A stretch of DNA of 64,000 nt from Paramoeba atlantica (taxonomy: Eukaryota > Protista > Discosea): positions 806,001 to 870,000 of the forward strand of contig CDRNVI010000030.1 of assembly GCA_977017575.1 (NCBI GenBank), in the 5' to 3' direction. Each line of letters opens with the position of its first letter. The first letter of the stretch is position 1. Below the pieces are notes generated by a model. It saw only the letters and a program-made list of their open reading frames with translations, was not told the DNA's origin and made no database searches. The position numbers were made by a program, and so were the translations under genes. This document shows, piece by piece, positions 9,506 to 19,728 of this stretch.

Positions 9506-10229
9506 TGTTCAGTACCTTTCACAGACGTTTAATTGCTCCAACGTTCAAGTTTTTTGCGCTATTTCAATGTTGCACATGAATTTAACTTTCGAACAGGCTT
9601 GTACTGTTCTTTATCCTTACATTGGCAATCGACTTTTTTCTCCTGCATGGTTTAGAAAGTCGATTATGGAACCTGTTCTTGCTGCCTCCAACAACGTAGG
9701 AAACATGGCTGATGTTGAAAGAAGATTTCGAGTGCGTGAAGAGAACTATTTTATGTGTACTTCAATTGTCGATGGACTTCCCGTCTTCAGCAGGGGCCCG
9801 CAAAGTCTGTATAACGGAAAGAACGCCACAAAATACTGGACTTTTCAGGTCTTCATCATGATCGACGGCTGTCCCTTAGCGTGGAGTGGGCCCTTTGAAG
9901 GTAGCATGCACGACAGTGAATACTTGGCTGGGTCCGATATTTATGGATGGACCCACAAGGTGGATGAAATGGTGATTGCAGACAAAGCTTACCGATCTGT
10001 GCGCCACTGTCTTTGCCAAGAAACAGGTTCTTCCCTCGATGATCTACATGTATTTGACATAGATTTTCGACGTGTGAGAAACCGAGTAGAACGGGTTTTT
10101 GGGCATTTAGACAAGCACAAACTGCTCCACTACAATCAGCATAGCAAAGAATTTCTGAAGTCGGCATTCGGACTTCTGTGGAACAGTGAGTGCGTCGACT
10201 GGCGTATTCGCCCTCGGCAACTTATTTAA
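9453..10229 (+). mobile_element. PIF/Harbinger-ISL2EU (IS5-like, DDE_Tnp_4) transposase
   Basis: IVDG...YNGK...Q...GPFEGSMHD...ADKAY...R.RVERVFG; all three catalytic residues present; likely ATG at 9568 or 9577. Confidence 0.85.
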
Positions 10230-10784
10230 CTTCGTTGACACTCCTTGATGTCGATCACCCTATGTACAAGAATGGGCATCTCGCGAGGATTGTTTCTGCA
10301 AGTTTCATAAGGGGGATGCGAATGACTCTCTCTCTATTAAGAACTACAGAACTCAGGTAACACAAGAGCTTCAAATCAAAGGAATTGAAACTGTTGGAAA
10401 GTGTTCATCGAAGTGTAAAGAAGCCCCTAAGACGTATGTAAAATTAAGTAAAAAGCAATTGAAAGAGAAAAATGAAAGTTTGCAGGAAAGGCGAAAGCAG
10501 GATTTGAAAATGAAAAAGCAAGAACGAAGAAAGAAGCATTCTGCTCTGGTAAAAGAGTTTCGATTAGACCAAAGCACTCTAAATTAGTAAAGATAAAATA
10601 TACGTGTACTGTATGTCGTGGTTTTGATAGTTTTTGCCCAATTTTAAAATCATGTACTTTACGTAATTTTTTGGGAGGTCATGGAATTTGCAATACAAAT
10701 CTCAAATTTGACTAAGTATTTTTTCCCACTGAAATGGCTTAGGAGTAGCGTGTTCGCCCAACTGACGTTTCTGCAGGTTTCACC

Positions 10785-11290
10785 CCTCTTAGTAAGTCCC
10801 CCACCGCTCTGATAACTACCCTCAAACGACGGGACATGCTTTGGACAAGAGGGAGGCATGCACTTGGAGGAACTTTCGCCCATGCTTTTTGGGCACGTTC
10901 CTGCGGGGGGGGTCGGGGTAATCTGCCTTTGCCTTTTTCAGTTCAACCCATAGGTTTTCTATGGTGTTTAAGTCGGGAGACTGAGGGGGCCAGTCAAGCA
11001 CACACAGCTCCTGCGAATTAATAAAATCGCGAGCCTTCTTACTCGTGTGCTTCGGAGCGTTATTCTGTTGGAAGACGATCCGATCCTTCGCGACACCCAG
11101 CTTTTGTACGGAAGGGGCAAATTTTGCTGCAGTATTTGAGCGTACTGCTCTGCGTTCATATTCCCGTGAACCAGCTCAGTGGTTCCCACACCGTGCTCCA
11201 TCATGCAACCCCATATCATGATGGAGCCGCCACCATAGTTGAGCATACCTTGTATGTTTCGCTCCGACATCTCCTCCCCAAAGTCTACCC
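10785..11290 (-). mobile_element. Tc1/mariner transposase remnant (frameshifted)
   Basis: GGGSIMIWGCM, GNMNAEQY, then in other frames QQNNAPKH and WPPQSPDLNTIENLW. Confidence 0.85.
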
Positions 11291-11830
11291 AAACCCACCC
11301 GCTACCATCAATAACTCGGTGTACTGTGTAACAAAGATCTATAATAGGATCTACAGTCTATAATAGGATCTATAATAGGAGAATAAAACCAAGTTGCTCT
11401 ATTTACTACATTACTTATGCGCAGTACACCGAGTTATTTACGAAAGATTGCCATTGAAACAGTTGAAAAAGGATCTTCACTTCGAATATTTACGAAGTGA
11501 GCTCAACACAATGGGCCCATCTAGATGGTTCCTTCGGATATCCAAATTTTGCAACTCCGAGGGGAGAAACGTAAGATCAGTACCACCTCCGAGCTTTTGA
11601 CCAGCAACATTTAAACCTTGTACGGTTTGAGGAAAATGAACACAGGAAAGAGTACCTTCCTTTGTTATAGTGAGATAGAAAATCCCAGTCTAGCATGCGT
11701 CAAATAACATGCTGTTCGATTCGAATCACATCTTGTTCCCTTCCACGTGCAAGGCGAGACGCTCAAAGTGCGAAAGGAGCTACGTTTTGTCAATCGTCAT
11801 GTTAGGTGGCGACTCTTCAACTTTTCCGTG

Positions 11831-12328
11831 TGTGTGTTGATCATGCGCTCGTTGGCGCAGAGACAATCCCCTTCATGCGGTGGCCGATATCATCGGCACA
11901 TAATCCGCCCACAACGGATGTCGCCAAAAGGGGTTCGACGCGGACTCTGTCGGTAGAGGGGGTCCAAGCAACTCGCCCTCTCTTTACGCATCCGGAGGGG
12001 CGCACTGCAACCGACCGCTGCCTCGCGATAAGACGAGGCAGAGTCACGCCCAGTGGTGCTCAAGGGAGGCCACCATGGCGCATAGCTCCGGGGAAAAGAC
12101 AGGCACGAGAAGAAGAGAGCCGGTGAGGGAAGAAAACTCACTCAAGGAGTGAGCCGGGGAGGGGTGAAAAGTCGGAAGTACGTCCCCTACTTCCACGACA
12201 AAGAGGGACAGTCCCTGCTACCCGTCAGCCGGAAACGGGTATTTAAAGGGAAAATGTATGCCCGTTTCCGGGAAAAGAAAGGAAGGGCTAGCAAAATGTA
12301 CCAACAAGGTACAGAAACTGTATCTTTA
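11831..12328 (-). mobile_element. Spliced-leader-headed non-coding retroposon-like element, copy E2
   Basis: Minus strand starts TAAAGATACAGTTTCTGTACCTTGTTG|GTAC; hairpins homologous to E1; (CA)n tail; insertion point defined by the intact paralog. Confidence 0.8.
12298..12328 (-). other. Spliced leader 3' part plus donor-like GTAC
   Basis: 16/16 match to GATACAGTTTCTGTAC, 7 nt to the TTG|GTA junction as in kinetoplastid SL RNAs. Confidence 0.8.
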
Positions 12329-12778
12329 TGCCGTAGCGCAACTTCTTGAGGAAGAAGAGATGCATCGACAGAAAAGAGAAGAGCTTGCAAAAAATCATAA
12401 AATAACGTTCAAGTTACTTCACTGAAAAAAGCTTTACACGCTCCCTGAGATATTATTGATGTCTATGATAATGTAGATTTTATCAAAATATATAGAAAAT
12501 ATAATAATAATATAATATTTTATAATGTTAATGTAAAATGTATACAAAAATATTTTTAAAGTATTTTTAAAAATAAGTTTTCTTCCTGAAGAAAGAAATG
12601 CGAATGAAAGTTTCATTATGAAACTGTCATTAGTTTTTTGTTTTTATGTAACATATTTTGCTGAGTAACAGGAAGCCCAGTTGTTTAAAGATTTGTAACG
12701 TTTGAATATCCGCACACATGCATAAATGATATGAAAGAATTTTAATTCACAAAATTACCTAAAAAACGTAAAGATAAA

Positions 12779-13510
12779 TCAATCGATGCGTACCGAACCA
12801 GGTAATGGCTTTGGTAGATAATCGAATATTCTATTTTTCGTGAGATCAATATGCTTTATGGACTTCGGAAGATAACGAAAATCGCAAAATCCAGAAAATT
12901 GATTGGCTTGAAGAAAGAGGTACTGGACCTCGTTTGGGAGTTTAGTCAAGTCTAGGCTTCCCGAAAAGAAGTTGTTGCTCACAGACACGCAAAGCAGAGC
13001 ACTCGGAAGCGTAGTCAGGTTCAATGAACCTTCTAGCTCATTTGTGTGCACGGAAAAATCCTCCATGGAGGGAGAAAGACGATCCAAGTCTATAATCCCG
13101 GAGAATTTATTTCTGGACAGCCACAGAACTGCCAAAGAAGGCGGAAGATTCGTAAGGCCCAACGAACCGTGTAGCTTATTAGTGTTAAAGCGAAGTGTGT
13201 GTAACTCTGGAGGCAACTCGTCGAGATTAATGGATCCGGTCAGACTATTATCTCCAAGAATAAGTTGCTTGACGGACAGCGGAGATCGCTCCAGATCTAG
13301 ACTGCCACGTAAGTTTTTGCTTTCCCAGAGAATGAACCGGACTTCTTTTCCTGAATCATCATCGCAATGCACACCCTCCCAGTCACAAGCCGGAGTGTGA
13401 GTGTTCCATGTTGCCCTTGGGTTTTCTATCGACTCAATGAAAACCCCTAATTGGAATTCTGGAGGGAGCTGGGATCCCCGAACTCTACCCTTTCGTATAT
13501 TTACGTCCAT
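12779..13510 (-). CDS. Small LRR family protein
   Basis: 243 aa; CDWEGVHC cap; 23-aa LRRs. Confidence 0.85.
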   Translation of the reverse strand: MDVNIRKGRVRGSQLPPEFQLGVFIESIENPRATWNTHTPACDWEGVHCDDDSGKEVRFILWESKNLRGSLDLERSPLSVKQLILGDNSLTGSINLDELPPELHTLRFNTNKLHGSLGLTNLPPSLAVLWLSRNKFSGIIDLDRLSPSMEDFSVHTNELEGSLNLTTLPSALLCVSVSNNFFSGSLDLTKLPNEVQYLFLQANQFSGFCDFRYLPKSIKHIDLTKNRIFDYLPKPLPGSVRID

Positions 13511-13799
13511 CGACTAGAGCGTTGCTTTGATCCGAATCTTCAGGGGTAAGAAGCTAATGAAGTAAATAAAAGGTCTAAATAAAAGGTCTGTATATTACTA
13601 TATCAAATTTATGAAGGAATGCGTAAACAATGAAGTTGCGAGATCGCAAGTTGAAGTATTTTTCAAAAATTACTGGTGTACTTATTTTTATTCTAAGAGG
13701 TTGCTGTAATTTTACGTGTAAGATCTAGTGTATTCCGTATGGAGAAAAGTGACAGCCCAACGTTCACCAAATGGTACTGTCGCTCTTGTGCTGATTTGT

Positions 13800-15107
13800 T
13801 TACTTACACTGAATAGAGCATGATATTCCAGAGGCAGCGCGAAATATGCGGTCGGAAACTGCAGCTACTATATTATCAAGACAATCTTCTTTTTGATGTA
13901 CGATCGGAAGAAGAATTGCCTTGGCGCAGGGGACATTTTCTGCCATTCGCATAAATGCATATAAGGATCTCGCTGCATCCTCTTCGTTCTCATTCACAGC
14001 CAGTTCAAAGTATTGTTTGGCGTGAGCGCGAAGTGAAATGAAATGTGCCCCGTAGTCAATGAGAACACAATCTTCAATAGACAATGCCAAAAAAGAATCG
14101 CTCTTCAGATCGGGGACCACACGTATTTGAAAACCTAGTTTCTCAAGACCCTTTTGCTGCTCGCATCTCACTTTATTTAGTTCATTTAAAGAAAGAAGAT
14201 AAGCGGGTATGCGCGGGGCATAGTGTGTAAGGAGCTGACCTGGTGCATCCAGGGTCATGGTTCGGCTACTTTCATAGTGTGCTTCCCGAACGGCAATAGC
14301 AATATCTGCAAGACTGTGATCATCAAGACATCGGCGTAAATTGCTAAATGTCACTTTTCCTCTTCGTAAAATTTCAATGTACTTACAGTTGTGTGTGAGA
14401 TTCGTCGTATCCGGAGTGTCTTCTGGATGCACGCGTACAACAGTGGATTCAATTCCAACAGAGGGATTTGCTTGCGCACCCCCGTTTATAATTAACAGCG
14501 ATTCATGTCCGGAAAACAGGCTCAAGTCTTTCTCATAATCCTCGAAATCTGAAGCCACATGTGCCGCAGTGGTGGGAGACACATGACCGAACCTATTTGC
14601 ACTTGGGGCCGCGATGGGAAGTTTACTCTGCTGAAGCAATCGTAGCGCAGCCATGTTGGATGGCACACGAACTCCCACCGTTCTGATCTGAGAACGAGAC
14701 ATTTGAGTCGATTGGCTAGATGCCCGGTTAGGAGATGGAATGCCGCATACTACATTGGGGACGTGTGCAGCTGCAGGATGGACTATAGTAAGGGGGCCCG
14801 GCCAAAAAGTTTTGGCCAAGGCATTGATGACATTAACACAAGACGACGGCAAACGAGGGAACACGTTTGAGGAAGGTAAATCCCACAGCGGTAGGGCAAG
14901 AGATAAATCGGAGACGTGGACTATTAGTGGATCAGTTGGCGGTCGACCCTTGAGAGCAAAAATCTTTTTACTAGCTGATGCATCTAATGCGTTGGCACCT
15001 AATCCGTACACCGTTTCTGTAGGAAAGGCAACAAGTTTACCCTCCTGCAAAGCTTGAGAACAACGCGTCACGTTTCCCTCAGTGTAATCCAAGCACTCAA
15101 TGATCAT
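13800..15107 (-). CDS. SUA5: Threonylcarbamoyl-AMP synthase (Sua5/YrdC family)
   Basis: VAFPTETVYGLGA, KGRP..DPLIVH, FWPGPLT, AAPSANRFG, GIESTVV, APGQLLTHYAP. Confidence 0.95.
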   Translation of the reverse strand: MIIECLDYTEGNVTRCSQALQEGKLVAFPTETVYGLGANALDASASKKIFALKGRPPTDPLIVHVSDLSLALPLWDLPSSNVFPRLPSSCVNVINALAKTFWPGPLTIVHPAAAHVPNVVCGIPSPNRASSQSTQMSRSQIRTVGVRVPSNMAALRLLQQSKLPIAAPSANRFGHVSPTTAAHVASDFEDYEKDLSLFSGHESLLIINGGAQANPSVGIESTVVRVHPEDTPDTTNLTHNCKYIEILRRGKVTFSNLRRCLDDHSLADIAIAVREAHYESSRTMTLDAPGQLLTHYAPRIPAYLLSLNELNKVRCEQQKGLEKLGFQIRVVPDLKSDSFLALSIEDCVLIDYGAHFISLRAHAKQYFELAVNENEEDAARSLYAFMRMAENVPCAKAILLPIVHQKEDCLDNIVAAVSDRIFRAASGISCSIQCK

Positions 15108-15376
15108 GAGAGTTCAATAATTCGATGATATCAATTCTAGACCATAAAAGCGATATTGTGTGCGTAGAAGAGAATAAACTCCTTTTTATTGAAAAAAGTT
15201 TCCTGTATGTATTATTCTTTGGACTAAGGATCCCATGAATTAAATTATTCCCATGCACTGAATAACTTAATGCTGTAAAACCCGAGAACCGTTTTTAATA
15301 ACCATAGCAGAGCCCATGGCATCAACACTGAAAGTGCGATGGGTTTGACACCAGATATTTAAGACCTGGCGTAATG

Positions 15377-16252
15377 TTAGGACCTGGTATCATATGAGTT
15401 TTTTGTGCCTCTGCGGGAGAGTAACCCCGGCCACGTATCCAACCCAAATCGCTCCATCGTACCACAGGATTGAATCAACGCGTGACGTCCTTGCGCTTTC
15501 CTTGGTTGTGGCGCCAAAGTACCGTCGACTTCGGACCTCTCGTGTGTTCGAACAGGTCCATTTCGATGGTACATTGCAACAAGATAACACTCCGCGGAAC
15601 ACTGCCTACATGCCTCCGGGCTTGTTGTACGTGAGATCTCAAAACACTCACGCGCACGACGTACCAGTGGCAACGTGTAGCTCTCCCCGCCCAACAGCTT
15701 ACACACGAAATGCCCCCCACGAGAGAGGTTAGCTACCGCAAAATTCAGCGCCTCCAAATTCAGTGCCACACTCGAGGTGAAATCCCGAACCGCTACCCCG
15801 GAACGTTGATGACTGCACATATCACTCAACACCACATCCAACCCGGAGCGTTGCACAAAGTACCGGCGAAGCTTTTCCTGTGCGAGTTCTGTTGTGAAAT
15901 CCCCTTGCAACAGCAGCACCGGCGGGAGGGTCTCGTTTTCTCTCTCCTTCCTTACGTCTGGACCAACCGGAAGAGGCTCCGTGGGGCGCAAATCCATCCC
16001 GACGACGGTGCATGGGCTTCCCACACGCTGGCGCACGACCTGCAGCCATGATCCCGGGGCACACCCCAGGTCGAGCACGCCGTGCGTGTGAACCTTCGAT
16101 AGAAGATGAAACCGGTCATCGAGCTGACAAAGCTTAAGCGCACTACGGCAGCGGTACCCGAGACGCGCGGACTCCCGGACGTGGGGGTCGTGGTGCTGGC
16201 GGATGGCCCAGGACCGGGGACGGAGGCGGTGGGAGGCGGTGGGGGAGAGCAT
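15377..16252 (-). CDS. MRM2: FtsJ/RlmE-family rRNA 2'-O-methyltransferase (MRM2-like)
   Basis: W..RQ..DP.V.....GYRCRSALKL, VLDLGCAPGSW, VLSDM, GGHFVCK, SAECY; symbol within the FtsJ family is tentative. Confidence 0.8.
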   Translation of the reverse strand: MLSPTASHRLRPRSWAIRQHHDPHVRESARLGYRCRSALKLCQLDDRFHLLSKVHTHGVLDLGCAPGSWLQVVRQRVGSPCTVVGMDLRPTEPLPVGPDVRKERENETLPPVLLLQGDFTTELAQEKLRRYFVQRSGLDVVLSDMCSHQRSGVAVRDFTSSVALNLEALNFAVANLSRGGHFVCKLLGGESYTLPLVRRARECFEISRTTSPEACRQCSAECYLVAMYHRNGPVRTHERSEVDGTLAPQPRKAQGRHALIQSCGTMERFGLDTWPGLLSRRGTKNSYDTRS

Positions 16253-16614
16253 GGAAGGGAGGAGGGAGGGTCATGTAGAGTAGGGTTTACTAAATTAAAG
16301 CGGGAGAGAAGAGATCGAGGAAAAAAGAAAGAATGAGGTAAAGCTTGGGTAACGGAGGTGAGAGGTGCGAAATAGGGAAAGGAGGTAGAGCGAAAAGGAT
16401 CACCTTTTTAATATGCATGCAATAGAATGGACAAAACAAATAAAAATCTATGGTTTCTGTTGCGGTGACATGTAGCGTCCAGGACAAGAACCTAAACACG
16501 AAGTCATGTGGTGCCCACCACACAACAAGCGCCCATCTATTGTACAACCCGGCAACACTCTGCGTCCACTCTTTCAAAATACTCCCTACTTGAGCCAACC
16601 CTCCACCTCTTTTC

Positions 16615-17523
16615 TCACAACATCTCGTACAACCCCAGCGCCCCTAGCGCCGCAATAATCCCCGCCAGGTACGGTTCCAGCGACCCTTTCTCACTATCCC
16701 GCACCCTCCCCCGCGCCGGGGCCTGATCCGGCCACACCAGCACCTTATTCCGGCGCAGGTCCAGCAACCGCAGCCGCGGCGACAGCCGCTGGATATCCAC
16801 CACCCCCGAGAGCTCGTTATCCTGCAGCAGGATATGCTCCAGCCTCGGGGGCAGCGCCCCGACCTCGATCCCCCCCGTGAAGTGGTTCGAGCACAGCGCG
16901 AGCATCTGCAGCGGGGCGGGGAGCGCGGTGAGGTCCACGGCCCCCGTGAAGGCGTTGTAGGAGAGCCGCAGGGAGCGCAGCCCGGGGGGGAGGGCGCCCC
17001 AGTCCACGTCCCCCGTCAGGCGGTTCCACCCCACGTGGAACCACAGCACCGAGGGGGGGAGGTGGGCCCAGGAGAGGTTGCCGAGGAGCCCGGCGCGCTC
17101 GAGGTTGACCTTCTCGAGGCCCCGGTGCGGGTCCTCGAAGGCCCCCGCGGTGAGGAGGGTCTGCACGACCGGGTCGTACTGCGCCCGGATGATGTGTTGG
17201 AAGAAGCGCTGGAGCTGCTGCTGGGGGGTGGGGAGGAGGGCGCGGGAGGGTTTCCCGAGGCGGGGGGAGGGGGAGGGGGGAGGGGGGGCGTCGGAGGGGG
17301 TGGTGAGGAGGGGGTGAGGGGAGGGGGAGAGAAGGAGGAGGGCGAGGGGGAGGAGAGGGGTGAGCAGCATGGATAGGGGGGTTAAGGAAAGGGGGGTAAG
17401 GAAGAGGGGAAGGAAAAGGTGGTCTTTGGTTTTTGATGGAAAGGGTGGATGGAGGATACAGAAAGGGTTTTGGGATGAGGAAAAGTGAGGATATAAAGAA
17501 AAGGGTTTTTTGAGGTTATACAA
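16615..17523 (-). CDS. Membrane-anchored LRR protein (likely start ATG 17370)
   Basis: MLLTPLLPLALLLL signal-like segment; LRR repeats; C-terminal hydrophobic helix; very GC-rich. Confidence 0.8.
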   Translation of the reverse strand: MYNLKKPFSLYPHFSSSQNPFCILHPPFPSKTKDHLFLPLFLTPLSLTPLSMLLTPLLPLALLLLSPSPHPLLTTPSDAPPPPSPSPRLGKPSRALLPTPQQQLQRFFQHIIRAQYDPVVQTLLTAGAFEDPHRGLEKVNLERAGLLGNLSWAHLPPSVLWFHVGWNRLTGDVDWGALPPGLRSLRLSYNAFTGAVDLTALPAPLQMLALCSNHFTGGIEVGALPPRLEHILLQDNELSGVVDIQRLSPRLRLLDLRRNKVLVWPDQAPARGRVRDSEKGSLEPYLAGIIAALGALGLYEML

Positions 17524-17554
17524 TAAAGGTTATACAATAAAGGTTATACAATAA
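17513..17554. repeat. Tandem repeat, 3 x 14 bp (AGGTTATACAATAA)
   Basis: Direct reading. Confidence 0.9.
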
Positions 17555-17630
17555 AGGAGGATTATGAAATTTTTGAGGTTTGTAAGATGAAGTAGGGTTA
17601 TGACAATATGCGCAATGTAGGTGTGTCGGA

Positions 17631-19358
17631 TTATAACCACCTACGTAGGAAATTCTGCGCAGCAACGCGGAGTGAAGGAAGTTGCAGTCCAGGCTTCGTC
17701 GCTGGGGAAGCGCGAAACAACGCCTGTTGGGGTGCAACGTTGACATTGTTCACGGATCTTGCCGTGGGCAACGTGGGCTTCAGAGGTTTGTTGTCAAAGA
17801 GTGGAGCGAATGGAGTAGTGTTGTCGTTAATCGAATCAGGCAAAACCTCTGTGCATTTAATACGTAGTCGGTGTTTCTGATAGTGCGCGAGGACATCGCT
17901 CACACTGTGGCTTGGATCCACATAGGCTACAGCAGATTGGCTCTGTGCCCACTCGATCTTTCCTTTAAGCGGCAACAGAGAGGCAGCAGCTTCAATATCA
18001 GATACCTCCTCCGCGTACTCCAAGCGAAACACATGAGTGGAAGGCATCCATTGATATCCTTTTGCAAGGTGAATGTAATAGAGTGACCGAAACAATACCA
18101 TACTATTTTGATACTTTGATAGCATTGAGACCGTGACACGCTTTCGGAACTGTTCGAAAACGTATCCTGTACAGAGAGCGTCAAATGCCGCCTCGTGGGC
18201 AAGTGCCGGTTGGGCGCGCCGCTCGGAACGTTTCTTTAGAGCTTCGGCATAGCGTTCGAAACCTAGTGGAAACTCAATCCCCGGAACTGGAGATAATTGA
18301 ATGTGATGAGGGGATTCTAGGACTTGAGGAAAGGGAGGATCGGATTCCTTTGTTCTAGCAAGCTTTTGGGCTTTCTCTTCTTCAGCCAGAAAATAAGTAA
18401 ATAAATTTTGTAGAGCGGTTGACTCAAAAAGCGGAAGCAATCCGCACGAAGAAGCAAGTATTTTAGTGTCCCAAATGGCGGGAAAATTTTCTTTCGCGTA
18501 GCGCTGCAGTGATTCAATGTCCTCCGGAACAATGCCGTCCATATGAGCGATCAGAAACAACAGATCCATGAGAAGGTTGTGCCCAACTATTGGTTTCTTC
18601 GACTCCACAAGAGTTTTGTAAATCTTACGAAAACCAACAAAAGAAAGGTGCTTCTCAATTGCTTTCTGAATTTGAGAACTCCGGTCTTGCCTACTTGCAA
18701 TCCAAAACTTGTTCCGCTGAAAAAATCTAACATCAAGCTGCAACGCCTGAATATGTCGCTCAACAAGCTTCTGAAGCGATCTATCCTGAACTTCTGGGAG
18801 CGGCAATTCAGCACTTTCAGAGTCTCGCAACCAGGATTCTATTCTCTCCCGTACAGGTTGGACTTCTGGATTTTCACAATCAATAGAGCTTCCCGGTTTA
18901 GGACTCAGGGAATCACATAGCGCCTGAAAGTGCCGTGCCTCTTCTGAGGCCGTGCAATAACCCACACCCTCATAAATCCACTTTTGAAAATCCATGTTGT
19001 GGTGCCTATTAAAATGAATCGCCTCGGGTTCCAACACTAGACTGCGGGTGGCTCGCCGTTCGATATCGCCGCTTGGGAATACGAAGAAGTTGAATGGACG
19101 GGCCAAAATAACGTCTGTATCGTTGTTTGCTAATGTCCGTCTCTCAAACAAACATAGACCAATTTGTATGAGACCGTAGGTCTCTGCAACTTTTCTTTTC
19201 GTAGAATAACTCTTAGAAGGGCTATCGAAACATGATTCCTTCAAGTCAGGTAACGTAATTCCAGTCATTTCGGCATCCAAGGCCACAAATTCGCTTCGCT
19301 CTAGAAGCTCACCAAATTCGCGTTCTACGGCTAAGAAGTTTGATTTCGTAACGTCCAT
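17631..19358 (-). CDS. PARN: Poly(A)-specific ribonuclease (CAF1/DEDDh family)
   Basis: ALDAEMTG, FNFFVFP, DFQKWIYEGV, PIVGHNLLMDL, WDTK, HEAAFDALCTG; first ATG at 19358 (ORF open to 19397). Confidence 0.92.
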   Translation of the reverse strand: MDVTKSNFLAVEREFGELLERSEFVALDAEMTGITLPDLKESCFDSPSKSYSTKRKVAETYGLIQIGLCLFERRTLANNDTDVILARPFNFFVFPSGDIERRATRSLVLEPEAIHFNRHHNMDFQKWIYEGVGYCTASEEARHFQALCDSLSPKPGSSIDCENPEVQPVRERIESWLRDSESAELPLPEVQDRSLQKLVERHIQALQLDVRFFQRNKFWIASRQDRSSQIQKAIEKHLSFVGFRKIYKTLVESKKPIVGHNLLMDLLFLIAHMDGIVPEDIESLQRYAKENFPAIWDTKILASSCGLLPLFESTALQNLFTYFLAEEEKAQKLARTKESDPPFPQVLESPHHIQLSPVPGIEFPLGFERYAEALKKRSERRAQPALAHEAAFDALCTGYVFEQFRKRVTVSMLSKYQNSMVLFRSLYYIHLAKGYQWMPSTHVFRLEYAEEVSDIEAAASLLPLKGKIEWAQSQSAVAYVDPSHSVSDVLAHYQKHRLRIKCTEVLPDSINDNTTPFAPLFDNKPLKPTLPTARSVNNVNVAPQQALFRASPATKPGLQLPSLRVAAQNFLRRWL

Positions 19359-19728
19359 TATTTCATTGAAGAAGATCCTCGTGACAAGACACTGCAAAAA
19401 ATAACAACAAAGTGCTAAAGGACATCATGCATTATACAACTAGACGTAGAAAATATGATGCCAATACCATTATACAGCACAATACACACAGCGACACACA
19501 GAGTAAAAGTACGGGTGTAAAATATACAGATACCTAGATAATATTTAATATATACCTAGATACCTACAATTCCAAAGGCAAGACTAAATAATTGCCCATC
19601 TCACTATATTTACAGCAACATTTGCCCATATGACGACTTTGCAAGGCTGAATCCGGATTATCAAAAGTCCCAAGTACGAGCAAATGCAGAATCCCCTCCC
19701 CACCTCTTGTCCCCACCTCTTGTCCTTA

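Larger units (their letters stand above)
11490..12390 (-). pseudogene. LRR pseudogene (paralog of 1697-2509) interrupted by element E2
   Basis: DASLLPQEVALR | insert | TEKLKSRH..W..KRSFFRTL..SPCTW.G; frameshift; GGGTDLTFLPSELQNLDIR. Confidence 0.85.

Noticed and set aside
7303-10614. 10-bp inverted repeat CATACAGTAC/GTACTGTATG as TIRs of the hAT-Harbinger pair
   Set aside because: Too short, similarity does not extend inward, and there is no matching TSD.
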